From an uncultured Flavobacteriaceae bacterium (GTDB taxonomy: Bacteria; Bacteroidota; Bacteroidia; Flavobacteriales; Weeksellaceae), in NCBI GenBank assembly GCA_963520375.1, contig CAUQQF010000002.1, positions 12,577 to 76,576 on the forward strand: a DNA stretch of 64,000 bases, read 5' to 3'. Below are positions 9,891 through 18,683 of this stretch, one piece after another. Every line of letters starts with the position of its first letter. Position 1 is the first letter of the stretch. A model generated the notes under the pieces. It saw only the letters and a program-made list of their open reading frames with translations, was not told where the DNA came from and did no database searches. Position numbers and translations under genes: made by a program.

Positions 9891-10604
9891 CTACTTCTTC
9901 TCAAAGACATGAAAATCTCTCGTAAGTTGCAGATATTCATCTGAGTAGCACCGTGGTGAAGTCTCCAAAATAAGCTCTTCCTCCTGAGGCTCTCCCTCAC
10001 AAAAAGAAAACTCCAGCACACAGCGTTTTGCTTCGGCTTGTGGAGTACCGCGAACAACTACTCTTCGCCTAATTTTCAGCGCAAAATCTGCACATTTTTC
10101 TATAAAAAAAGCCTCTGATAATTTTGGGATAATCACTGAAAACAATCCATTTTCAGCAAGCAGCGCCGAAGAATTCTGTATCAGTTGTTCAAAATTAAGC
10201 TCCACTTGCCGCCGCGCCAAAACATCTTTTTGAGAGGAATCCATCTGCTCAAAATAAGGCGGATTGGAGAGAATTAAATCAAATTTTTCTTCGGAAATAT
10301 AATTTTTAAAGTCAAAAAGTTCAGCTCTCAGCCTATCTCTAAACGGCGAATTGCTAAAATTCTGCCCTGCCAGTTCCACCGCTTTTTCATTAATATCAAG
10401 CGCTAAAATCTCGGCTTTTGGGTTTCGCTGGGCTGTCATCAAAGAAATCAGTCCCGTTCCTGTGCCTACTTCCAGCACTCTAAAAGCCGCCTCACAAGAT
10501 ACCAATACTCCAAGCAAAACGCCATCTGTTCCCACTCGGAACACATTTTTATCCTGCAAAATGCTGAATTTTTTAAAATGGAAAGGTTTCATCCTTTGAA
10601 CCAT
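9891..10604 (-). CDS. tRNA (adenine-N6)-methyltransferase-like (TrmN6/YfiC type)
   Basis: 237 aa. SAM motif VLEVGTGTGLISL and NPPY motif (LILSNPPYF). Confidence 0.75.
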   Translation of the reverse strand: MVQRMKPFHFKKFSILQDKNVFRVGTDGVLLGVLVSCEAAFRVLEVGTGTGLISLMTAQRNPKAEILALDINEKAVELAGQNFSNSPFRDRLRAELFDFKNYISEEKFDLILSNPPYFEQMDSSQKDVLARRQVELNFEQLIQNSSALLAENGLFSVIIPKLSEAFFIEKCADFALKIRRRVVVRGTPQAEAKRCVLEFSFCEGEPQEEELILETSPRCYSDEYLQLTRDFHVFEKK

Positions 10605-11350
10605 TTAGAGTATTTCATAAAACCATTTATCGCCCATAGGCAGGTGTAATACAAGGACTTCACTACCGAAAATCCCATAAACTCCCTATACACCAAATAT
10701 TGGTCTTTTATAATGTCTTTTTTCTTTCGGGAAACACTGCCTTCGCGCATTCTATATTTGGCCAAAGTTTTTTCCACAGGATACCCTTTAGGAATTACTT
10801 TTAATAAATTTAGCCACATCACATGATCCTCACGCTTGCTTTTTATAGGAAATAAAAACTTACCCACTCTTTTCGTATCATAAATGGTAGAAACAGGAGC
10901 AAGTCTACAAGTTTTCAGCAAATTAGAAAAAGTGACAATTGTATCCGCTTTGAAATCCTTTAGAATTGGTTCCATTGTATGTTCATCACATCTTGAATAG
11001 CTACAATAAGCTAATTCAACTTTTTTTTCTTCCATAAAACCTATCATAGTTTCCAGATACTCTGGATACCAAAGATCATCAGAATCAAGAAATGCAATAT
11101 ACCTTCCTGAAGCCCTTTCAAGGCTTTTGTTCCGTGCGTTTCCTGCGCCGCCATTTTGTTCAAGGACTTGCAGTTTTATTCTTGGGTCGTTATATTTTTT
11201 GATGATTTCAGCAGTATTATCACTTGATTTATCATCAGTAATCAGCCACTCCCAATCCTGAAAAGTCTGGTCAAGAACGGACTTTATGGTCTCTTCTATA
11301 AATTCTGAAGAGTTATAAGATGGAGTAATGATGGAAACTTTTGGTGTCAT
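10589..11350 (-). CDS. family 2 glycosyltransferase
   Basis: 253 aa. VSIITPSYNSSEFIEETIKSVLDQT...ITDDKSSDNT and DSDD motifs typical of GT2. Confidence 0.85.
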   Translation of the reverse strand: MTPKVSIITPSYNSSEFIEETIKSVLDQTFQDWEWLITDDKSSDNTAEIIKKYNDPRIKLQVLEQNGGAGNARNKSLERASGRYIAFLDSDDLWYPEYLETMIGFMEEKKVELAYCSYSRCDEHTMEPILKDFKADTIVTFSNLLKTCRLAPVSTIYDTKRVGKFLFPIKSKREDHVMWLNLLKVIPKGYPVEKTLAKYRMREGSVSRKKKDIIKDQYLVYREFMGFSVVKSLYYTCLWAINGFMKYSKWFKG

Positions 11351-11995
11351 TTATTTTTCAAACATTTGTCTTGTGATAAAATCTTTTTCTAAACTCCAAT
11401 TCCTCGCTGGAGAATATTCCCTTCCGTAGGAAATAATCTGCAAATGTAGCTTATTCCAATCTTTCTGTGGGAAAAGTTTTTTGGCATCGGCTTCGGTTTG
11501 GACTACATTTTTTCCTTCTGTCAGCTTCCAAAGTTTCATCAACCGATGAATATGCGTATCCACAGGAAACGCTGGGAAACCAAACCACTGGCTCATCACC
11601 ACAGAGGCGGTTTTGTGCCCTACGCCTGGGAGTTTTTCTAATTCCTCAAAAGTCTGCGGTACCACTCCTTCATAGTCGCTTAGCAGCATTTCTGCCATAC
11701 CTTTTAGGTTTTTGGCTTTGGTGTTAGACAGACCTATTTCTTTTATTAAATCTTTTATTTCTGCCACTTCCAGCCTTGCCATGGCTTGGGGCGTTCCTGC
11801 AACTCGGAAAAGTTCAGGAGTGATTTCGTTCACTTTTTTATCGGTAGTCTGCGCCGAAAGAGCCACCGCTACCAACAGTGTATAGGCATCTGTATGGCGC
11901 AGGAAAATAGGAACTGTGGGATAGAGTTTATCCAGTTCTTTTCTCACAAAATCGGCTCTTTGTTTTTTAGTCATTCTCAAAATGATTTGTGGCAA
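11351..11995 (-). CDS. nth: endonuclease III-family DNA glycosylase (no Fe-S cysteines)
   Basis: 214 aa. HhH-GPD core (LPGVGHKTASVV, VDTHIHR). The C-terminus has no Cys cluster. Its stop abuts the GT2 start. Confidence 0.8.
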   Translation of the reverse strand: MPQIILRMTKKQRADFVRKELDKLYPTVPIFLRHTDAYTLLVAVALSAQTTDKKVNEITPELFRVAGTPQAMARLEVAEIKDLIKEIGLSNTKAKNLKGMAEMLLSDYEGVVPQTFEELEKLPGVGHKTASVVMSQWFGFPAFPVDTHIHRLMKLWKLTEGKNVVQTEADAKKLFPQKDWNKLHLQIISYGREYSPARNWSLEKDFITRQMFEK

Positions 11996-12034
11996 AAATA
12001 ATGAAATAATAACATTTTTTTAATAAAAAATAAT

Positions 12035-12051
12035 ATTTCTATTGTAGAAAT
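12035..12051. promoter_or_regulatory. palindrome ATTTCTA-TTG-TAGAAAT just upstream of the nikR -7 box (candidate operator)
   Basis: Perfect 7-bp inverted arms with a 3-bp centre, 4 nt upstream of TATATTTG. Confidence 0.35.
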
Positions 12052-12055
12052 TTCC

Positions 12056-12063
12056 TATATTTG
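12056..12063 (+). promoter_or_regulatory. Bacteroidota-type -7 box TATATTTG
   Basis: TAnnTTTG match 27 nt upstream of the nikR ATG (12090). Confidence 0.5.
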
Positions 12064-12089
12064 TTATAGTTTTTTTAATACTATTAACT

Positions 12090-12491
12090 ATGGGTATTGT
12101 TCGTTTTGGTGTTTCTCTAGAAGAAGACCTTTTGGAAGCATTAGATAAATATGCTGAGGAGAATTTGTTTAAAAATCGTTCTCAAGCCATCAGATATCTG
12201 ATTAACAAGAGTTTAGTCTCAGAAAAATGGGACAATGATGCCATAGTGGCGGGCTCTATCACTTTGGTGTTTGACCACCATAGAAGGGAATTGGTAAATA
12301 AACTGACCAACATCCAGCATAGATATCATGACAATATTTTATCTTCTCTGCACTTCCATTTGGAGCATGATTTGTGCATGGAAATCATCGCTGTGAAAGG
12401 AAAATCTTCTGTTCTGATAGAACTTGCCAACAGTCTAATTTCTGTGAAAGGAATAGAGCACGGAAAACTCACAGCTACAAAAGCTGATTAG
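12090..12491 (+). CDS. nikR: nickel-responsive regulator NikR-like (ribbon-helix-helix plus metal-binding C-domain)
   Basis: 133 aa. N-terminal RHH (VRFGVSLEEDLLEALDKY...NRSQAIRYLI). The C-domain carries His residues in NikR-like positions (FDHHRREL, HFHLEHDLC). Confidence 0.8.
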   Translation: MGIVRFGVSLEEDLLEALDKYAEENLFKNRSQAIRYLINKSLVSEKWDNDAIVAGSITLVFDHHRRELVNKLTNIQHRYHDNILSSLHFHLEHDLCMEIIAVKGKSSVLIELANSLISVKGIEHGKLTATKAD

Positions 12492-12510
12492 TAAAATATT
12501 TTAAACATAA

Positions 12511-12540
12511 AAAAAGCAGAAATATAGATTTCTGCTTTTT
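12511..12540. terminator. bidirectional rho-independent terminator
   Basis: aaaagcagaaat-atag-atttctgctttt, a perfect 12-bp stem flanked by an A-run and a T-run. Lies between convergent nikR and the small periplasmic gene. Confidence 0.8.
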
Positions 12541-12545
12541 CATTT

Positions 12546-12919
12546 TTAATTTCCTTTTATTTCTGGCTGTTCCATAGGTGGCGGAGGCGGCATTCTCCTT
12601 TCATCCTTTTTCTTTGAGTGGCTGGACTGCCATTTTTCATACTGCTCAGGCGTCAGGATTTTTTGAGTTTTCGCTGATGCTTTTCATGAAGTTTCTCCTT
12701 GTCCGCTTTGTGCTCTTTATGGAGTTCTTCCAGTTGTTTTGTTTGTTTTTCGGAAAGATTGAGTTCTTCTAATCTTTTTACCTTATCGCCTTTTTCTCTT
12801 TCCATTTTTTTATGTTCTGAGTGGCAGCAGTGATGTTCCTTCGGAGCTTCTTGCGCTGATGCAAAACCAAATGCTCCTACTAACACTAAACTTAAAACTA
12901 ACTTTTTCATAATGTTCAA
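12546..12919 (-). pseudogene. His/Cys-rich LTXXQ-motif (CpxP/Spy/ZraP-like) periplasmic protein, frameshifted at an A6 run
   Basis: The 88-aa ORF (12653..12919) has a signal peptide and an HHCCHSEH patch, and ends ...HQRKLKKS*. The +1 frame continues as ILTPEQYEKWQSSHSKKKDERRMPPPPPMEQPEIKGN* to 12546, directly in front of the terminator. The switch is at A6 (plus-strand T6 12659-12664). Confidence 0.6.
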
Positions 12920-13023
12920 ATTTTTACGATTTTCTATTTGTTGGATTCATTTTTTTTGGCAAAGTTAAGTTTTTAAAAGTTAAACTTATATTAAGTTTTC
13001 TTAAATTTCTTCTAAAGAATCAT

Positions 13024-13031
13024 TATCTTTG
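13024..13031 (+). promoter_or_regulatory. Bacteroidota-type -7 box TATCTTTG
   Basis: TAnnTTTG match 26 nt upstream of the DPP-IV ATG (13057). Confidence 0.5.
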
Positions 13032-13056
13032 GACAATTTTCTAAAATTTATCTAAA

Positions 13057-15198
13057 ATGAAGATTTTATATCAAAAACTAATCTCTTGTGTCGTTTTTAG
13101 TGTCTTTACGCTGAACTCCGCGCAGGAAATCACTTTAAATAAAATACACTCAGGCTATTACAGAACCGAGTATATCTATGGGATAAACTCCATGAACGAT
13201 GGAGAACACTACACCGTTCTGGAAAAAGATGGAATCGTAAAATATTCCTACAAGACAGGAAAAAAAATAGAAACCATCTTAGAGGCTAAGATACAGGACT
13301 ATACATTTTCTCACGATGAGAGTAAAGTGCTGGTTCTGAACGAACAACAGCCCATCTACCGCCATTCTTTCCTAGGAAAATACCATGTGGTAAATCTCAG
13401 TAAAAACGGAAAAATAACTGCCCTAAACAACGGAAACTGGGTTCAGGAGCCTAAATTCTCTCCTGATGGAAGGTTCATGGCTTTTATCTCTGGGAATAAT
13501 CTTTATTACCAAGACCTCAGCTCTGAAAAAATCACCCAAATCACTTTCGATGGTGAGAAAAATAAAATCATCAATGGACTGGCTGACTGGGTGTATGAGG
13601 AGGAATTCGGACACGCAGACATGTACCAATGGACAAAAAACAGCGAAAGTCTGGTTTTCGTGAAATTTGATGAAAGCCAAGTAAAAGAAATGAACATGCA
13701 GGTTTTCAATGGAAATCTGTATCCGCAGGATTTTCGTTTCAAATATCCGAAAGCTGGAGAAGAAAACTCAAAAGTTTCGGTATACGCCTATGATTTAAAA
13801 CTAAATAAATCCACGCAAATCAATCTTGCTAACTTTGAAGCTTACTATATTCCACAGATTTTCCAGACTGTGCAGCCTAATGAAATAGCGATAGCGACTT
13901 CCAACAGGCATCAGAACAAACTGGAAATCATCAAGATAAATACTAAAAACTATTCTACCAAGAAAATCCTAACCGAAACGGATGCCGCTTGGATAGAAAC
14001 AGACAATCTTTCTTTGGAATTCTTGGAAGATAATTCCTTCCTTTGGGCTTCAGAAAGAGATGGTTTCAGACATTTTTACTGGTACACACCTGATGGAAAA
14101 CTGAAAAAACAAATCACCAAAGGCAACTGGGAAATTACTGACTACTATGGTTTTAGCCCAAAAAATTCTGAAATCTTGGTGCAGACTACTGAAAAAGGCA
14201 GCACCAATAGAGTGGTGAGCAAAATAAGCATCAAAACAGGGAAAAAACAGATAGTTTCTGAATTAAATGGAACTAATAATGCTGATTTCAGCAAGTCTTT
14301 CCAATATTTTATCAACACGCATTCTTCCGCAGAACAGCCGAATACTTACACTTTGAGGGATTTTAATGGGAAAACTCTGCGAGAATTACAGAATAATAAT
14401 TCTGCTCTGAAAAAACTGCAGTCAGATGGTTTCGTAACCAAAGAATTTTTCCAAATTCCAAACAAAAACGGTGACCAGATGAACGCTTGGATGATAAAAC
14501 CCAAAGACTTCTCGCCTAATAAAAAATATCCTGTGCTGATGTACCAATATTCTGGACCTGGTTCACAGCAGGTAAGCAATGCTTGGGACGGCAGAAACAC
14601 AATTTGGTTTAACCTTTTGGCTCAAAAAGGATACATTGTGCTTTGTGTAGATGGGCGTGGAACGGGCTATCGTGGAACGAAGTATAAGAAAGCAACTTAC
14701 AAGAATTTAGGAAAATACGAGATAGAAGACCAAATCGCTGCTGCACAGTGGATTGGCTCACAGAGCTTTGTAGATGCTGGGCGAATTGGGATATTCGGAT
14801 GGAGTTTTGGAGGATATATGGCAAGTCTGGCGATGACCAAAGGAGCAGATGTTTTCAAGGTAGGAATCGCTGTGGCACCAGTAACCACTTGGCGCTATTA
14901 TGATACTATCTACACTGAAAGATATCTGCAGACACCGCAAGAAAACCCACAAGGGTATGATGAAAATTCGCCAATCAATTTCGCTGATTTGATGAAAGGA
15001 AAATTCCTGCTAATCCATGGAACAGCGGATGATAATGTGCATTACCAAAATGCAGTAGAAATGGCGGAGGCTCTTATTCAGAAAAACAAAGAATTTGAGT
15101 TCATGACCTATCCAGACAAAAACCATGGAATTTATGGTGGAAACACTAGACTACATCTATACCAAAAGATGACAGATTTTATTTTAAATAATCTATAA
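13057..15198 (+). CDS. dipeptidyl-peptidase IV (S9B family)
   Basis: 713 aa. Signal peptide, DPP-IV N-terminal beta-propeller-length region, catalytic GWSFGGY, HGTADDNVH. Confidence 0.9.
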   Translation: MKILYQKLISCVVFSVFTLNSAQEITLNKIHSGYYRTEYIYGINSMNDGEHYTVLEKDGIVKYSYKTGKKIETILEAKIQDYTFSHDESKVLVLNEQQPIYRHSFLGKYHVVNLSKNGKITALNNGNWVQEPKFSPDGRFMAFISGNNLYYQDLSSEKITQITFDGEKNKIINGLADWVYEEEFGHADMYQWTKNSESLVFVKFDESQVKEMNMQVFNGNLYPQDFRFKYPKAGEENSKVSVYAYDLKLNKSTQINLANFEAYYIPQIFQTVQPNEIAIATSNRHQNKLEIIKINTKNYSTKKILTETDAAWIETDNLSLEFLEDNSFLWASERDGFRHFYWYTPDGKLKKQITKGNWEITDYYGFSPKNSEILVQTTEKGSTNRVVSKISIKTGKKQIVSELNGTNNADFSKSFQYFINTHSSAEQPNTYTLRDFNGKTLRELQNNNSALKKLQSDGFVTKEFFQIPNKNGDQMNAWMIKPKDFSPNKKYPVLMYQYSGPGSQQVSNAWDGRNTIWFNLLAQKGYIVLCVDGRGTGYRGTKYKKATYKNLGKYEIEDQIAAAQWIGSQSFVDAGRIGIFGWSFGGYMASLAMTKGADVFKVGIAVAPVTTWRYYDTIYTERYLQTPQENPQGYDENSPINFADLMKGKFLLIHGTADDNVHYQNAVEMAEALIQKNKEFEFMTYPDKNHGIYGGNTRLHLYQKMTDFILNNL

Positions 15199-15200
15199 TT

Positions 15201-16853
15201 ATGAAAAACAAACATCCAAAAGGTTTACCCTTTCTCTTCTTCACAGAAATGTGGGAAAGATTCGGTTATTATTTGATTTTAGGAATCTTCGTGTTGTATA
15301 TGATTGATGCTGACAAGGGCGGTCTTGCCTTTGAAAGCAAACATGCTGATGACATCTTCGGGACATTCATTGCCCTTACTTACCTTACGCCTTTCCTTGG
15401 AGGGTTTCTTGCGGATCGACTGCTGGGATACATCAAGGCAATTTACATTGGCGGGGCGCTTATGGGACTGGGCTACATTGGGTTAGGACTTTTCAAAGAT
15501 GTGTCCATGTTCTATGTATCCATGGGGCTGATAATCATCGGTAATGGATTCTTTAAACCAAGTATCTCCACACTTTTAGGAAATCTCTATTCTGATGACA
15601 AGTATAAAGCCAATAAAGACGCAGGATACAACATCTTCTACATGGGGATAAACATCGGGGCTTTTGTATGTAATATCATTGCTGCCTATATGAGAAATAA
15701 ATACGGCTGGGGCGAGGCTTTCGTAACTGCTGGTGTAGGAATGTTTTTAGGGCTGATTATTTTCTCTATTGGTAAAAAACATGTCGTTCATGCTAATGTA
15801 ATGAAACCTGTCCAAGAGGGCGATACCACTATCAGTTCCATCTTGGTAAAAGTGTTCCTTCCTGCTATCATTGCTGGAGCTATCGGCTGGGTAATCCCTG
15901 GGAATATCTTTGGGTCGGATTCTACGGATGCCTTTATATTTGCGTGTATTCCTGTTATTTTGTTTTATATTTTTATTTACATCAGTGCAAACGCAGAGGA
16001 CAAGAAACCTATCGGAGCCTTGTTGGCTATATTTGCAGTGAGTATGATGTTTTGGGCTGTATTTAAACAAAACGGAACCGCCCTTACCCGCTGGGCAAAT
16101 TACTACACGGACAGAAGTGTTCCTGCGGCTTTAGAAAAACCTTTGGAAAGCATCTATTTGGTGGATACAAAGGACTACAACACAAAGGAAGTTGCAGTTC
16201 ATGACAACCAATTCCAAACTGTAAAAGGCGAAGATGGAAAACCTAAAAAAGAACAAGGAAAAGATATTTATTTCAAAAATATAAACAAGGAACAAAGAGC
16301 CGAGTTGGAAGCCAATCCAGACAAGAAAGTATATCTCTACAATACAGAGCTATTCCAGTCTATCAATCCTTTCTGGGTCATTGCCCTCACGCCGGTGGTG
16401 GTAGGATTCTTTATGATGCTTCGTAGAAAAGACAAAGAACCTTCCACTCCTACAAAGATAGTTTTGGGATTATTCCTATCGGCTCTCAGCTGCCTTGTGA
16501 TGGTAGCTGCTGTATATGCAGGAGACAACGGCGCTTCCAAAGTATCACCGCTTTGGCTGTTTGCTGCTTATGGAATCATCACAATAGGCGAACTCTGTCT
16601 GTCTCCTATGGGACTTTCTTTGGTTTCTAAACTTTCTCCACCGAGAATTACAGCGCTGATGATGGGAGGATTTTTCCTTTCTACATCGATAGGAAACAAA
16701 CTCTCTGGTATACTAGCAAGTATGTGGTACAGCTACGAAGACAAAGCTAATTTCTTCTGGGTAAATTTCGCTCTACTGCTCATCGCCACGCTACTGGGAG
16801 TAGCCATCCTAAAACCACTGAATAAAGCCATGAAAGAAAAAGGCGTGAAATAA
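15201..16853 (+). CDS. proton-dependent oligopeptide transporter (POT/PTR2 family MFS)
   Basis: 550 aa. PTR2 signature FTEMWERFGYY, polytopic. Starts 2 nt after the DPP-IV stop. Confidence 0.9.
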   Translation: MKNKHPKGLPFLFFTEMWERFGYYLILGIFVLYMIDADKGGLAFESKHADDIFGTFIALTYLTPFLGGFLADRLLGYIKAIYIGGALMGLGYIGLGLFKDVSMFYVSMGLIIIGNGFFKPSISTLLGNLYSDDKYKANKDAGYNIFYMGINIGAFVCNIIAAYMRNKYGWGEAFVTAGVGMFLGLIIFSIGKKHVVHANVMKPVQEGDTTISSILVKVFLPAIIAGAIGWVIPGNIFGSDSTDAFIFACIPVILFYIFIYISANAEDKKPIGALLAIFAVSMMFWAVFKQNGTALTRWANYYTDRSVPAALEKPLESIYLVDTKDYNTKEVAVHDNQFQTVKGEDGKPKKEQGKDIYFKNINKEQRAELEANPDKKVYLYNTELFQSINPFWVIALTPVVVGFFMMLRRKDKEPSTPTKIVLGLFLSALSCLVMVAAVYAGDNGASKVSPLWLFAAYGIITIGELCLSPMGLSLVSKLSPPRITALMMGGFFLSTSIGNKLSGILASMWYSYEDKANFFWVNFALLLIATLLGVAILKPLNKAMKEKGVK

Positions 16854-16873
16854 ACCAAAACAAAAAATACCAC

Positions 16874-17788
16874 TTATCGAGTGGTATTTTTTTTATTTTC
16901 TCTATCCGAAATATATGCTACAATAAACACTGTGGATAATATAAATGCAAATCCTATCGCATCCAAAAAGGAAAAAGGATTCCCTAAAAACACTACAGAA
17001 CATATCGTAGCCACCACAGGTTCTATACAGGCTATCATACTTGCCTTCGTAGGGCCTATAATTCCTACGCCTGACAGGTAAAACAGAAACGCAAAAATAC
17101 TTCCCAAAAGGACAATCAGCAATAAAAATACGATTACTACAATATCTACCTTCACGGGCTGTTCCCATGGTTTCGCTGTTATAGAAAGTGCAATTCCACC
17201 GATGAACATTCCCCATGCGATGACCACTGCCGTTCCATATTTCTTTAAAATCTCTGCTGGCTGCACCGTATATATGACCAAAGTAATCGCCGAGAGCATT
17301 CCCCAAAACAGCGCCACAGAAGAAACCTTCAAAGTGCTCATATCTCCATGCGTAGCCAGAATAAACACACCCAAAAGAGATAAAAACAAAACGACCACCT
17401 CATAGGGCTTCGGTTTTCTTTTTTCTTTAAAACAAACATAAAGCAAAATAAGTGTAGGCCCGAAATACTGAAGCACCGTAGCAATACCTGCATTAGAATG
17501 CTGTATCGTAGTGAAATAGGTGTATTGTGTCCCCAGCATACCAAAAACTCCGAAGACAAAAACCCTTATCAAATCTTTAGTATTTCTAAAAATATCAAAG
17601 ATTTTATTCTTATCCTTGGCATAAAGATAAACCAGCAAAAAAACACCCGCCAGTAAAAGCCTGTAAGGTGTCAGCCAGTCAGATGTTACTCCTTTCTGCA
17701 AAAACAAAAACTCCGCAAAAGCCCCATTTATCCCCCACAATGTAGCACCAATAGTAGTATAGATAAATCCTTTTTTCGATTGATTCAT
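16874..17788 (-). CDS. DMT superfamily (EamA-like) transporter
   Basis: 304 aa, about 10 TM, two-repeat EamA-like architecture. Confidence 0.8.
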   Translation of the reverse strand: MNQSKKGFIYTTIGATLWGINGAFAEFLFLQKGVTSDWLTPYRLLLAGVFLLVYLYAKDKNKIFDIFRNTKDLIRVFVFGVFGMLGTQYTYFTTIQHSNAGIATVLQYFGPTLILLYVCFKEKRKPKPYEVVVLFLSLLGVFILATHGDMSTLKVSSVALFWGMLSAITLVIYTVQPAEILKKYGTAVVIAWGMFIGGIALSITAKPWEQPVKVDIVVIVFLLLIVLLGSIFAFLFYLSGVGIIGPTKASMIACIEPVVATICSVVFLGNPFSFLDAIGFAFILSTVFIVAYISDRENKKNTTR

Positions 17789-17789
17789 T

Positions 17790-18386
17790 TTAGTTATTGT
17801 CCTCTTTTTTATCTCTTTGAGGTTTATCTGCGTTTTTAAACTGCCAACTAGGATCTAAATATTGTATCTTAGATGAGTTCTTTTTCTTAAGGTCTTCATA
17901 CTTTTCCATTGCTTGTTTAATGTTCTCAGACTTATCTACATTAGTATTGAAGTCAGTTTGTTTAGTGTAGTGTTTTATCACTTGATAAAATAACCTTCTA
18001 TCTTTGAACTCATTTGGATTCAGTGGAGTTAAATTCACTCCTGCTACAACAACTCCCATCTGCCCTTTAGCATTTATAACATATACACCATTTGGCTCTA
18101 AGTCAGCCTCTATAAAATCTCTATTTTCTGATGCCGCCCAAAATAAATGTTTCCCTGGTTCACACTCATATACCATATAGCTAAATCCATTCAATGCACC
18201 TAAGAACTTGTCCCCATCATATATTCTAAAATTTATAAGGTATCCCGCTCCTGATTTAACAATATAAACTAACGACTTCCCCTCAGATGGTTTAGCTATT
18301 TCTTGTGTTACCACTTTTTGAGAGAATAAACTTCCTGTTCCCAATAAAAGGGATAAAATCAATAAAAATTTTCCAATGGTTTTCAT
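17790..18386 (-). CDS. hypothetical secreted protein
   Basis: 198 aa. Signal peptide MKTIGKFLLILSLLLGTGSLFSQ, beta-rich core, Lys/Asp-rich tail. Its stop lies 1 nt from the EamA ATG. Confidence 0.6.
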   Translation of the reverse strand: MKTIGKFLLILSLLLGTGSLFSQKVVTQEIAKPSEGKSLVYIVKSGAGYLINFRIYDGDKFLGALNGFSYMVYECEPGKHLFWAASENRDFIEADLEPNGVYVINAKGQMGVVVAGVNLTPLNPNEFKDRRLFYQVIKHYTKQTDFNTNVDKSENIKQAMEKYEDLKKKNSSKIQYLDPSWQFKNADKPQRDKKEDNN

Positions 18387-18409
18387 ATTATAACTATTTA
18401 TTAAATTAA

Positions 18410-18682
18410 TTAATCCAAAAATCTATACGCCACAATTTTAAAATCAAAACTCACAGGTCTGAGGCTCGCCAGATAATCTACTCTTAGATATTTTTGAGAT
18501 GAGTATTCCTCCACCAACTCACCATTTTCATTATAATTAAAATTATTATTGGGAAGTTTGATAGAAGCTATCATTTCTCCTTTGTGCATTCCTTCTACCC
18601 AGCCTTTTTCATCGTCTAATTCTATTTCGGACAGCAGGTCAGTTATGCCTTGTTTAGTGTTGTATTCTATGTATTCTTTCAT
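18410..18682 (-). CDS. hypothetical small cytosolic protein
   Basis: 90-aa acidic ORF. Its ATG lies 1 nt after the gpsA stop. Confidence 0.5.
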   Translation of the reverse strand: MKEYIEYNTKQGITDLLSEIELDDEKGWVEGMHKGEMIASIKLPNNNFNYNENGELVEEYSSQKYLRVDYLASLRPVSFDFKIVAYRFLD

Positions 18683-18683
18683 T

